DNA from: Tetramitus jugosus
Taxonomy: Eukaryota > Protista > Heterolobosea
Assembly: GCA_937625935.1 (NCBI GenBank)
Contig: OW569355.1
Location: 248,001-312,000 of the forward strand
Length of the DNA stretch: 64,000 nucleotides
Direction: 5' to 3'
Shown: in pieces, positions 1-9,417 of the stretch
How the letters are laid out: each line of letters starts with the position of its first letter
Position numbering within the stretch: the first letter of the stretch is position 1
Notes under the pieces: generated by a model
Seen by the model: only the letters and a program-made list of their open reading frames with translations
What the model was told of the DNA's origin: nothing
Databases searched by the model: none
Made by a program: the position numbers and the translations under genes

Positions 1-965
1 ATTTGTGTGCAATCATTCATGTAGAGAGTGTGAATACCAGCCAAATGAGCGAACGCCTTGTCTGTTATTTGAGAACAACCACTTATATCAAGTGTGTGAA
101 TGCCAGCCAAATGAACAAATGCGTCGTCTGTGATTTCAAAGCAGGAAGTCATCAAAAGTGTATGGATACCGGTCAAACAACGAATTCCAAGGTCTGTGAT
201 GTGCTCGCAAAGGAATATACGGAGTGTGTGAATACCAGCCAAGTAAGGAAGTGCATTATCTGTGATTTGATAGCAATAAGATATGTCAAGTGTATGGATG
301 CCAGTCAAATGAGAAAAAGCATTGTCAGTAATACTCCTGCAAGCACTCATGTTGAGAGTATGAATGCCATTCAAATGTGCGAATGCATTGTCTGCGATTT
401 GATTGCAACAAGACATATTGAGAGTATGAATGCCAACCAAATGAACGAATGCACTGTGTGTGACTTGATCACTACCACTGATATCAAGCGTGTGAATGCC
501 AGCCAAATGAGAAAAGCCTTGACCTGTAACGTTCTTGCAACCGCTCATGTTGAGAGTATGAATGTCATTCAAATAAAGAAATGATTTGTCTGTAATGTTC
601 TCGCAATGACCCATATCAAGTGTATGGATACCGTCGAAAAATTGGAAATGGTCATCCACCACGTACAAACTATCACCCAGGTCGACATTGAACAGCGTCC
701 CTTTTGCCAATCGAAAGCAGTATTCAATCTCCTCTTTCCATATGAAACTTGGTTTTAGAGTTCTCCTCTTGTTGAACATGAGCAATCGATTGAATTTGAA
801 ATCATTGATTCCTTTGCAAGTGTAACTCAATTGCAACCATTCTTCAGTGCCACAAAACTCGACAACTTTTGACCATACATCTCTGCAAAGTGCAGAGCAA
901 ATTTCATTAATCCTTTCATTCTTTGCCACACTCTCGTTTTCTTTTTTTTCGCTTGATTGCTGCAT
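1..965 (-). CDS. F-box-like / 22-aa leucine-rich-repeat protein (3' end runs off the window; missed by the ORF track)
   Basis: Hand translation of the minus strand from ATG 965: MQQSSEKKENESVAKNERINEICSALCRDVWSKVVEFCGTEEWLQLSYTCKGINDFKFNRLLMFNKRRTLK..., then at least 10 repeats of xGIHTLxMSxCxxITDxAFxHL with no stop to position 1. Clear paralogue of 4224..5804. Confidence 0.9.
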   Translation of the reverse strand, partial: MQQSSEKKENESVAKNERINEICSALCRDVWSKVVEFCGTEEWLQLSYTCKGINDFKFNRLLMFNKRRTLKPSFIWKEEIEYCFRLAKGTLFNVDLGDSLYVVDDHFQFFDGIHTLDMGHCENITDKSFLYLNDIHTLNMSGCKNVTGQGFSHLAGIHTLDISGSDQVTHSAFVHLVGIHTLNMSCCNQIADNAFAHLNGIHTLNMSACRSITDNAFSHLTGIHTLDISYCYQITDNALPYLAGIHTLRIFLCEHITDLGIRCLTGIHTLLMTSCFEITDDAFVHLAGIHTLDISGCSQITDKAFAHLAGIHTLYMNDCTQ

Positions 966-1217
966 TCTTTTTTGTCTTGGCTTGTTGTTTCTTTAAGAAA
1001 ACCCCACTGTTTTTAGTATGACTAATTTAACTTTGAATTAATCTCCACTATAATACTGGCCGTTCATGTATCTGCGTTTTGTTCGCTCAGTCATTCTTAT
1101 ATAAGAGTTATTGAGCTGGACTTACAATGCTCAATCACCTTTTCGAAGAAAGCCAATGTTGCCCACGAACAAAATCCCGCCAATTTCTCCAATTTTCCAC
1201 AAAAACAAAACAACAGA

Positions 1218-2555
1218 ATGAACAGATTATTACTCAAAAGACCGATCATTGCAACCAAGCATGTGATAACGCAACACATGCATCACTATCAAGGATCACT
1301 CATCACTGCTCAACAACAACAACACAATCGCATTCACACCTTGAGAAATAACTCCGCTCTCCCGCCAAAAATCAATTCTCCTCTCCAGTCCTCCTCGCCA
1401 TCCAATGCGTTGTTTGAAGCAATGAATCGTCACCAACAGCATCATCAACACTATTCAACTGCTCGAAACAACAAGAGCTCTGTGATCAACTTTGATCAGA
1501 AAAACAACAACAAGCACAAGAACAACAAGGAAAAACAAGATGACTCATCTTTTCTCAAGAAATTAGGAAGTCTTCTCGTCGCAACAGTCGCTCTTCCCTT
1601 CAAGATTGTGTTTAGCTTATTGGGCGTCCTGGCACTGCACATTTTCTTCAAGAGAATGCACAAGAAATTGTTTGGCAATATTCAGAGAGCTCTCTTTGGT
1701 CAAATGGACTTGTTGGATGAAGCTCAAGCCTCTCTTCGTAAAAAACTTGAAACAACAGTTCGATTGAGCCAGAACAACAAGAATCTGAAGCAGAACCAAC
1801 AAGCAAACATTGCCAATTTTGATGATTATGTGTTGTTGAGAGCGTTTGAAGTGGTTCAGAGACATCCATTGGTGCACGATGCAGTATCGAAACAATTGGG
1901 ACGAGTGAGCAAGGAAATTAATCCAGGGCCAGAAGCTGGTAGTGGTGAAGGTGAAAAGAAAAAGTCATCCTTTGCGTCCGTATTTTCTGACTTTAAGAAC
2001 AAATTCAAGTCATCATCGACTGATGAGAACGATGATGAGAGTATTGGTAGAGTGAAGCACTTTGTGGTGTTGACAAATGCAGAAGAAAACATGTCGGAGC
2101 GTGATAAGACTATTTTGCCAAATGGTGAACTGGTGTATAAGACAACAGCGGTGTTTATGGCAGTTGGAGACAATGAATCACAGAATTCACTGAAGGAAAT
2201 TCTCAAATACAAGCAAGAGTTGAACAAAGTGAAGAAGGAATTCCCATATCTGGAAGAAGCAGAATTGCAATCCAAGATGTCCCAGTTCCCAGTAGCACAA
2301 GGAGTTGATTTATTCTTCCCTTTTATTGTCAATGTTGTCGCTAGAAAGAAGCATCCAAATGAACCTTACAAGATTGAGCGCCTGGAAGTGAATTCACAGA
2401 CAAATGATGAAACATTCTTGAGTCTGGATCAGTTTATTGATGAGGTTTATGATCAAGAGCAGGAACAACCAAGTGAAGCATTCTCTGAGGATGAAGAATC
2501 TAGCTCAAGATTCAGAACAAGACAGATCATTGATGCCGAAGTAGTTGAAAAGTAA
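1218..2555 (+). CDS. Hypothetical membrane protein, probably mitochondrial
   Basis: 445-aa ORF. Basic N-terminus almost free of acidic residues (MNRLLLKRPIIATKH...), resembling a presequence; one hydrophobic segment LGSLLVATVALPFKIVFSLLGVLALHIFF. Confidence 0.75.
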   Translation: MNRLLLKRPIIATKHVITQHMHHYQGSLITAQQQQHNRIHTLRNNSALPPKINSPLQSSSPSNALFEAMNRHQQHHQHYSTARNNKSSVINFDQKNNNKHKNNKEKQDDSSFLKKLGSLLVATVALPFKIVFSLLGVLALHIFFKRMHKKLFGNIQRALFGQMDLLDEAQASLRKKLETTVRLSQNNKNLKQNQQANIANFDDYVLLRAFEVVQRHPLVHDAVSKQLGRVSKEINPGPEAGSGEGEKKKSSFASVFSDFKNKFKSSSTDENDDESIGRVKHFVVLTNAEENMSERDKTILPNGELVYKTTAVFMAVGDNESQNSLKEILKYKQELNKVKKEFPYLEEAELQSKMSQFPVAQGVDLFFPFIVNVVARKKHPNEPYKIERLEVNSQTNDETFLSLDQFIDEVYDQEQEQPSEAFSEDEESSSRFRTRQIIDAEVVEK

Positions 2556-2578
2556 TACACTGCTAACTCAAAATTTAA

Positions 2579-3883
2579 TTAGCTTCTCGTTCTTCTGGGA
2601 TCTGTTATGATTTGTACATGTGGTCGAACTGTATTCTCAAGAGGTATCTTGACATATTGTACAGCTTCAGGATTGAACTCTGGTTGCTCGATAAACTCCA
2701 AGAACATATTTGATAGACGCTTCCGTAGACCAACCAGGCTCTTATCTTTTCTTCCGCGATTGAGCAGATCGGCCTCTCTGTCAATGAGCTCCACAATATC
2801 TCTGGTCAACTTGCAGTCAAATTCTTTGACTGTCCATTTTACATGCAATAGTACGTCCAGTCTCTCATCCACGGATAACATTTCTGTGTTGAGTCCGTGA
2901 TACAAATCCATAAGCTCTCTCGCTCTCACTGTGAATGGGGTTTCGATGTATGTTGTGCCTCCATCTGGATTGGACAAGGTTTTTGGATCAGCCATTCTCT
3001 TCAACCTGTTGTGAATATTTTCGTGCTTGTTCTCTTCATTTGCAGCTTGTTTCAATCGGTCAATTGTTTGAAGAAGTTTGGTCTCCTTCTTAAGGAGTTC
3101 GACCAACTCGTTTTGCTTCTGGTCCTCGGATAATTGATCTGAATTCTTAATAGAATCAACCTTTGCTAATCTCCACGATTCTAATTGATTATACAATATA
3201 TCAAAATCCTCTTTAGCTTTCGGATGCATCCTTCGTTCTATCTCTACTCTCTTTTTCTCGGCTTCTTGTTCTCTTTGTTCCTTACTTTTCAGTTCTTGAA
3301 GGGTGATCTCCTCATACTGTCTCTCCTTCATACTTCGAGCTAATCTTCTCGCGAACCATCCCCTCGTCCATGCTTGTACTACGATCGCTTTTTCATGTCG
3401 TAATTGCTCCATCATTTCCGAATCAAAGTAGTACTCTGGTATTGGTAGCTCAATATCTTCTGACTCGTCTAACATGAGGCCTGGTTTGTTCATTTGAGTA
3501 CCTTGCTCCCTGTATGTCTGTTGAGAACGAGTTTCAACATCTTTTGTCTGAGTTTCCGTATGACTTTTTACTCGATTCATCTTTTCCATCTCTTCGGGTG
3601 TTTTCTTCCGAGGTAACGTCTGAGTACTGGCATGATGATATTCTAAACCTGTAATAGTATGCCGGTATCCTCCCAAGAACGGTTTCCTAATGTATTGGTT
3701 GACAATGTGAACTGTCACTAGCTTGTTTGGCTCATTCTCACCAAAGATAATCTCGAGCTCTATCTTGCGGTCGGTTGGACCACTATGCTCCTCTTGCTCT
3801 AGTGGGGCGTTGATTTCCTTGTCAATGATACTTTCGATTGCCGTACTGGTCTCAACACCGACCTCTGCATTTTCTGATATCAT
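2579..3883 (-). CDS. IQUB: IQ and ubiquitin-like domain-containing protein (FAP253, flagellar radial spoke)
   Basis: Family motifs KPFLGGYRH...EYHHASTQT, IQ motif VQAWTRGWFARR, DFDILYNQLESWR, ERLDVLLHVKWTVKEFDCKLTRDIVELIDREADLLNRGR, FIEQPEFNPEA. Confidence 0.92.
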   Translation of the reverse strand: MISENAEVGVETSTAIESIIDKEINAPLEQEEHSGPTDRKIELEIIFGENEPNKLVTVHIVNQYIRKPFLGGYRHTITGLEYHHASTQTLPRKKTPEEMEKMNRVKSHTETQTKDVETRSQQTYREQGTQMNKPGLMLDESEDIELPIPEYYFDSEMMEQLRHEKAIVVQAWTRGWFARRLARSMKERQYEEITLQELKSKEQREQEAEKKRVEIERRMHPKAKEDFDILYNQLESWRLAKVDSIKNSDQLSEDQKQNELVELLKKETKLLQTIDRLKQAANEENKHENIHNRLKRMADPKTLSNPDGGTTYIETPFTVRARELMDLYHGLNTEMLSVDERLDVLLHVKWTVKEFDCKLTRDIVELIDREADLLNRGRKDKSLVGLRKRLSNMFLEFIEQPEFNPEAVQYVKIPLENTVRPHVQIITDPRRTRS

Positions 3884-3976
3884 TTTTGTTCACGCTTGCG
3901 TTTCCGTAAATCCGCATGGGCGCTAAATTCTTGGCAGTCTGCCAACTCAAGTCGATGATCATCAAAGATTCTCAAT

Positions 3977-4175
3977 TTGTGTGATATCAATACTAAGTCA
4001 GATGGTGTTATCCGATATGAAAAGGAACAATTGTTCTACCATCGGATGAAGTACACTTTCTGTTCCAAACAAGAAGAACTTGTGTGTGATATCAATACGA
4101 ACTCAGATGGTGTAACCGAGATGGGAAAGATTGTTCTTCCATTGAATGAACAACTTTGCTTCCAAACAAGAAGAA
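3977..4175 (+). repeat. Imperfect ~100-bp tandem duplication upstream of the LRR gene
   Basis: Copy 1 (3977-4078) and copy 2 (4080-4175) share TGTGTGATATCAATAC..A.TCAGATGGTGT...ATTGTTCT.CCAT..ATGAA...TTCCAAACAAGAAGAA. Confidence 0.85.
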
Positions 4176-4223
4176 AAAACACCAAAGCGAACAACACCAC
4201 GACAACACAACAACCAAAGACAC

Positions 4224-5804
4224 ATGATTGACAATGAAAGTGATGAATGTTTCACAATTGAAATTTGGTCTGCACTTTGTAATGATGCATGGTCAAAAAT
4301 CATTGAGTTTTGTGACACCCGAGAATGGTTGAAATTGAGTTACACCTGCAAAGGAATCAATCAACTCAAATTCAATCGATTGCTCATGTTCAACAAGAAG
4401 AGAACATTAAAAAAATATTTGAGAAATGAAGAGATTGAACATTATTTTCGATTGGGAAAAGGAACACTGTTTAATGTAAACTTGAACAGTTCTTATGTGA
4501 CGAACAAGCATTTCCAATACTTGAAAGGAGTCCACACTCTCAATATCAATGTTTGCAGGATCATCTCTAACGATGCATTCAGTCATTTAAGCGGTATTCA
4601 CACACTCAGTATGAGTTTTTGTGTTCAAATCACAGATAGCGCATTTTCTTATTTGCCTGGCATCCACACACTCGATATGAGTGGTTGCAATCGGATCACC
4701 GATAATGCATTTACTCATTTAAAGGGCATTCATACGCTCAATATGAGTCATTGTACGAACATCACAGACGATGCATTTACTCATTTAGCGGGCATCCATA
4801 CACTCTACATGGTCGGTTGCAGTCAAATTGAAGACAGTTATTTTGCTCATTTAACTGGCATTCACACGCTCGATATGAGTGACAATGATCAAATCACAGA
4901 CAATGCATTTTGTCACTTTAGTGGCATTCATACTCTCGGTATGAGTTATTGTACTCAAATTACGGACAGGGCACTCATACATTTGAAAGGCATTCACACA
5001 CTCGATATGAATGGTTGCCATAGAATCACAGGCCGTTCGTTTCCTCATTTAACTGGCATTCATACACTCAATATGAGTTATTGCTTAACCATCCCAGATA
5101 GTGCTTTTATCCACCTAACAAGCATTAACACACTCAATATGAGCGGTTGTACTCAAATCACAGACAATGCATTGACTCACTTGACTGGTATTCGTACACT
5201 CAATGCAAGTGGATGTACTCAAATTACAGACAATGCATTTACGCACTTGACTGGCATTCATACACTCAGTATCAATAGTTGCAAACAAATTTCCGACATT
5301 GTATTTCCTCATTTGGTTGGCATTCACACACTTGATATAAGTGGTTGCGAGAAAGTTACAGACAATGCATTTCCTCATTTGGTCGGCATTCATACACTTA
5401 ATGTAAGTGGATGTACTCAAATTACAGACAATGCATTTAGTCATTTGACTGGCATTAATACACTCAGTATGTCCTGTTGCGAGAATATCACGGACGAAGC
5501 ATTTCTTCATTTGGCTGGAATTCACGCACTTGATATGGCTTTTTGTAAGAATATCACAGACAATGCATTTCCTTATTTGACTGGTGTTAACATGCTCACA
5601 ATGGATGGATGTGATCAAGAACCGATCACAGAGAAGGCATTATCCTATTTGAAGGGCCTCAACACACTCAGTTGGTTTTATAGCAGAAGAGACGATGCCT
5701 TCATCGAGAAAGTGGTCAAGTTTTGTGAGTCCAATTCAACAACTCTATTGGGGATGCAAATGAAATGGGATTTCTTAAGTCCACCCAAAGAGTTCGGATT
5801 ATAG
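4224..5804 (+). CDS. F-box-like / 22-aa leucine-rich-repeat protein (cysteine-containing LRR type)
   Basis: ORF 4146..5804; ATG 4224 preferred because it follows a CAA-rich leader and aligns with the paralogue start. F-box-like ALCNDAWSKIIEFCDTREWLKLSYTCK, then 17-18 repeats of xGIHTLxMSxCxxITDxAFxHL. Intronless. Confidence 0.9.
   Translation: MIDNESDECFTIEIWSALCNDAWSKIIEFCDTREWLKLSYTCKGINQLKFNRLLMFNKKRTLKKYLRNEEIEHYFRLGKGTLFNVNLNSSYVTNKHFQYLKGVHTLNINVCRIISNDAFSHLSGIHTLSMSFCVQITDSAFSYLPGIHTLDMSGCNRITDNAFTHLKGIHTLNMSHCTNITDDAFTHLAGIHTLYMVGCSQIEDSYFAHLTGIHTLDMSDNDQITDNAFCHFSGIHTLGMSYCTQITDRALIHLKGIHTLDMNGCHRITGRSFPHLTGIHTLNMSYCLTIPDSAFIHLTSINTLNMSGCTQITDNALTHLTGIRTLNASGCTQITDNAFTHLTGIHTLSINSCKQISDIVFPHLVGIHTLDISGCEKVTDNAFPHLVGIHTLNVSGCTQITDNAFSHLTGINTLSMSCCENITDEAFLHLAGIHALDMAFCKNITDNAFPYLTGVNMLTMDGCDQEPITEKALSYLKGLNTLSWFYSRRDDAFIEKVVKFCESNSTTLLGMQMKWDFLSPPKEFGL
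4520..5680 (+). repeat. 66-bp coding tandem repeat array (LRR cassettes)
   Basis: GGCATTCA(C/T)AC(A/G)CT and ATCACAGACAATGCATTT recur at 66-bp spacing. Confidence 0.9.
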
Positions 5805-5940
5805 TTTTATCACTTTTATTGTCTGTTGGCCTCTATTTAGAAGTATTGTAAACAAACTGCAGACTCCACTGCCTGCAATCGAATGACGCGTCTACCTCTT
5901 GTTTCCTTTCTTCATGATACAGAAGCAATTGCCCAAGTCA

Positions 5941-6483
5941 TTAAACGCAGTGAATCGTGATAGATCCAGAGCCTGAAGCATTCTTCATGACGCTACACTC
6001 TCTGCTAGCTGTGGCACTAATGCCTCCAGATCCACTCAATGACGCATGAATCATCTTCGTCGCATAAAATCCACAAATGTTACCAGATCCTGAGATCTGT
6101 AAGCCGACATTTTTGACGATTGTATTACTCCCTTCGATTCCGCCTGATCCAGAAAGCTTCACTTGGACAAAAGAGATTTTTGTGCCACGGTCAAATGTCA
6201 ATGAGCCTGAACCCTTCATATCAATTTCGAGAGATACTGGGTCGATACAACCATCCATGAGTGTCACTTTGCCAGAGCCAGACTTTTTGATGTTTTTTAC
6301 CTCCAATATGGTTTGTTTTGGCAACAAGAAGGTTGTGGATCCATTGCAGCCGGAATCCACCCACAATCTGTTGCTTTCTAATGTACAGTTGAGAGGCTTA
6401 TCTCCAACGAGCTTATTGTCGTGAACGAGTAAATGTACTCCCCCATTCAACGCAAGGTGTGTTATGATGGTTTGATCCTCCAT
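5941..6483 (-). CDS. GIN-domain (DUF2807-like) beta-helix protein
   Basis: Six spaced (S/K)GSG motifs in the pattern xLxxxxSGSGxI, typical of the autotransporter-adhesin head GIN domain. First ATG at 6483 (MEDQTIITHL). No signal peptide, intronless. Confidence 0.75.
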   Translation of the reverse strand: MEDQTIITHLALNGGVHLLVHDNKLVGDKPLNCTLESNRLWVDSGCNGSTTFLLPKQTILEVKNIKKSGSGKVTLMDGCIDPVSLEIDMKGSGSLTFDRGTKISFVQVKLSGSGGIEGSNTIVKNVGLQISGSGNICGFYATKMIHASLSGSGGISATASRECSVMKNASGSGSITIHCV

Positions 6484-6634
6484 GTTTGTTGTTATTCTTT
6501 TGGTTCTGTTTCCGAAGAAGAAGGGCCCCGATAAAGTTCCGAGAATAAAGGAAGACACTCAAACTGTTTACTGTAGTAGTATTGAATCCTTCTAATTCTT
6601 TGTTTCCCTCCCTATTCAAACGAAAAAAACCTCC

Positions 6635-8017
6635 CTAAACCTTGTCAGTCTCCCTCTCCTCCTTTGACTCTGGAGGATAGATTGCAATGGTGTTTGGCAA
6701 TGAGTCAACATTTATCCCAGTACAGTTCATCAGCTGTATCATCAGAGATGAAAGCCCTGGATTCAACCGGAAAAAGTTGACATTGAACGAGCACGACACA
6801 AAACTGAGCATTGGCAATTTTGGAAACAGTGAACTGAACCTGGATATGAACTCTGAGGATTGACAGGTCCAAGAACAACTAGTAGAACCATCTCCACAAA
6901 CAATCATATTCTCTACATAGGGAAACGGATTGGCATTCACTCCATTTCCATACTTTTGTGTCCATGCATTCCACAAATTATCAGAAACAATCGATGTTTG
7001 CAAATAACTGAGCATTAATGGACTAACGTTCAATGTTTTCACATTTCTCAATCTCCAGAACCGAGAAAACAAGAATGGAACAATCAAATGTCCATCTGGA
7101 TAATGATAATGTGACAGTGCGCCCGAACCTCTCATATCATAATTCATATACTTGTTATTACCACCACTACTACTACTATTACTACTATTATTATTACTAT
7201 TACTACTGCTACTCTCAACATGATCACTCTTATTACCTACCGCATGATTCAATGATGGCAAAGTAGAGTTCAAAGTAGAGTTCGATGATGAAGACAAAAG
7301 CTCCACTCCAGACAAATCCAACACTTCTGTCCTCCACAGTACACAATGCACCATTCGTTGAAATTGTTTGGACACGCGCTCCAATCGAAACAAGTAGGGT
7401 ATGGGCTTTAAATATGCAAACACATGATTCATGACATCAAACGGCAAATGATAACGACAAATATCAAACAATTCGCTCTCTACCATGCTCAACTGACGAT
7501 CATTCATCAACTGTATCTCTTCCTCACTACTACTACTACTATGACTACGAATACTACAATTGCATAATTCTTGTTGTTGCTTAGATGAGTGACTGTCGTT
7601 ACTGTTGTTGAGATCATCGTTCATGAGATGATTCTCACCATCGCAAAAGAACCGATCAGCCAATAAATGTTCAATCAAAATCGTGTATGAATTGTAAACG
7701 GAAGAACTGGAGGAAGACGCGGGAATCGAAGGGTCCAAACGCACTTTTTTCCGATGGAAAAGATATTCCCGCCTTGTTTGCATCACGCCCGAGAGCCGAG
7801 TTCTCAGAGTTCGTTCGGCATTTTTTCGGTTTTTCCGTTTTCTTGAACTATTGCTCGTATTGTTGTTATTTGAACTGGTAGTATTGTTATTAGTATTGGT
7901 TTGTTGATGTTGTTGTGCGGATAGTGATGGTGATGGGATGAATGAAGGAGGCAGAGATGAGGGTGGTGGTTCTTGTAATTGCTGTATCCGCGGATGGGTC
8001 GCAAGAGCGTTCTGCAT
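6635..8017 (-). CDS. F-box protein with low-complexity S/N tracts
   Basis: F-box motif HLPFDVMNHVFAYLKPIPYLFRLERVSKQFQRMV, followed by degenerate LRR-like strands; basic NLS-like RKRKNRK. Confidence 0.8.
   Translation of the reverse strand: MQNALATHPRIQQLQEPPPSSLPPSFIPSPSLSAQQHQQTNTNNNTTSSNNNNTSNSSRKRKNRKNAERTLRTRLSGVMQTRREYLFHRKKVRLDPSIPASSSSSSVYNSYTILIEHLLADRFFCDGENHLMNDDLNNSNDSHSSKQQQELCNCSIRSHSSSSSEEEIQLMNDRQLSMVESELFDICRYHLPFDVMNHVFAYLKPIPYLFRLERVSKQFQRMVHCVLWRTEVLDLSGVELLSSSSNSTLNSTLPSLNHAVGNKSDHVESSSSNSNNNSSNSSSSGGNNKYMNYDMRGSGALSHYHYPDGHLIVPFLFSRFWRLRNVKTLNVSPLMLSYLQTSIVSDNLWNAWTQKYGNGVNANPFPYVENMIVCGDGSTSCSWTCQSSEFISRFSSLFPKLPMLSFVSCSFNVNFFRLNPGLSSLMIQLMNCTGINVDSLPNTIAIYPPESKEERETDKV
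7156..7210. repeat. (TAC/TAT)n trinucleotide microsatellite within the CDS
   Basis: ACTACTACTACTATTACTACTATTATTATTACTATTACTACT encodes the S/N run of the minus-strand F-box gene. Confidence 0.8.
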
Positions 8018-8376
8018 ATTATCGATCCCGAATGATGCAATCTTTCACTTCTTGTCTTTTTTTGTGTTTTCGTGTCTGGTGTTGGGTTGTGTTTTTCTCT
8101 CGTGTTTTTTTTGGGGAAGATTGGTTGGGGAGCTCTGGAGATTCTTTGGTGAGTGAGCCATTTCCCAAAAGTCACAATAGCAGTGGAAAGCAATGTCGAG
8201 AGTAGAACCAATCGAATTGTTTCGAGCTGAGAGGATGAACATTGATGCGGCAGTTGAATCATCGGCTCCGCAATTGGACTGGAAAAGGACACGTCTCACC
8301 TGGAGGATCGTGACATAGCTACAGAGTGGACTAGGAAAGGAGACAAGCAAGAATAGTAAAAAATATTGTTGAGTGT

Positions 8377-9417
8377 TTATGTCAAGGTAGCGAATTCTCC
8401 ATCTGTGTGAACTCTCTTCTTGTAATAGTAGAAGGCACCAGCGGCAGCACCTGCAACAGCAGTTCCAATCAAAGCCAGGATAAACAAAACCAACAATGGT
8501 CTGTAGCTCGTGACAGTCTTGCTTTGAATAGTGATTGTAACTGGCTCATAAGCATAATCAACAGTGTACTTTTGAGTAGGAACATCAGCTCCGACACCAA
8601 TGACATAGGTTCCAGAGGAAGTCAATTGAGAAGCAGCATTGAATTGAATAGCAGACTTGCTAGTCTTTGTTCTCTTGACATTCTTTGATGCCTTGAACAA
8701 GCCACATGCAGTTCCAAAGTTCACATTCTCCTTGACAGAGTCTCTCTTCAAAACAAAGACAGTGTACTCGACTGGATCAATAGGAATTTCAACTTCGCAG
8801 ACATTAGGATCAGCAGCAGAAGCCTTTCCACAATAGTCCAACTCTTTCCATGAGAGCTTCAAGCTACTGGTATCGAGAGCAACGACTGGGCTGCTTGAGA
8901 AAGAGTGAGCCACACTGTTTGCAGTAAAAGTTCTCATCAAGATTTGAGTTGCGACTTCACCGTTCAAATCCTTGTTGACCATTTCGACACCAAAAAAGTG
9001 AATGTACTTTTCATTTTGGTTGTTTGCAATTCTGCCTAGAGATTGAGTCTTTTGCAAGTTCTTGGATGCATCCAAGATGGTATAGTAAGAGTCCTGAGCA
9101 TTGCCCAATGATGGGAACCATTGATCACTTGCGTCGTTGCATCCAGCCTGTCCTTGCACACACTTGCTGTGGAAAACACGTATGGTTCCAGCACTACAGG
9201 CGGAGAAATAAACCTCGAAAAAGGAACTGTTGGTATACTGAGGCACGCTGACTCTGAAGAAGGCAATAGGCTTTGAAGCAGTCAGAGTCAAGTCACGCAT
9301 TTGATCCAACATCAAATCTTGTTCATATTGGTGTTGTTGAATGTTTGCTTGAACGGTAGCAAATGTGGCAATTAGAGCTGCCAAAAGAGCAATCAAGAAG
9401 ATGGCACGATTGTTCAT
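8377..9417 (-). CDS. Type I membrane / cell-surface protein
   Basis: Signal peptide MNNRAIFLIALLAALIATFATVQA; Cys-containing beta-rich ectodomain; TM helix LLVLFILALIGTAVAGAAAGAFYYY followed by a KKR stop-transfer and a short tail. Confidence 0.85.
   Translation of the reverse strand: MNNRAIFLIALLAALIATFATVQANIQQHQYEQDLMLDQMRDLTLTASKPIAFFRVSVPQYTNSSFFEVYFSACSAGTIRVFHSKCVQGQAGCNDASDQWFPSLGNAQDSYYTILDASKNLQKTQSLGRIANNQNEKYIHFFGVEMVNKDLNGEVATQILMRTFTANSVAHSFSSSPVVALDTSSLKLSWKELDYCGKASAADPNVCEVEIPIDPVEYTVFVLKRDSVKENVNFGTACGLFKASKNVKRTKTSKSAIQFNAASQLTSSGTYVIGVGADVPTQKYTVDYAYEPVTITIQSKTVTSYRPLLVLFILALIGTAVAGAAAGAFYYYKKRVHTDGEFATLT

Noticed and set aside
3-584. 193-aa plus-strand repetitive ORF (likewise 4851..5048 and 5115..5618 minus)
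   Set aside because: Antisense shadows of the LRR arrays; the opposite strand encodes the recognisable F-box-LRR proteins.
4520-5680. CRISPR-like periodicity (conserved blocks alternating with variable ones every 66 bp)
   Set aside because: The period is exactly 22 codons inside an ORF, the repeats are degenerate at third positions, there are no cas genes and the context is eukaryotic.
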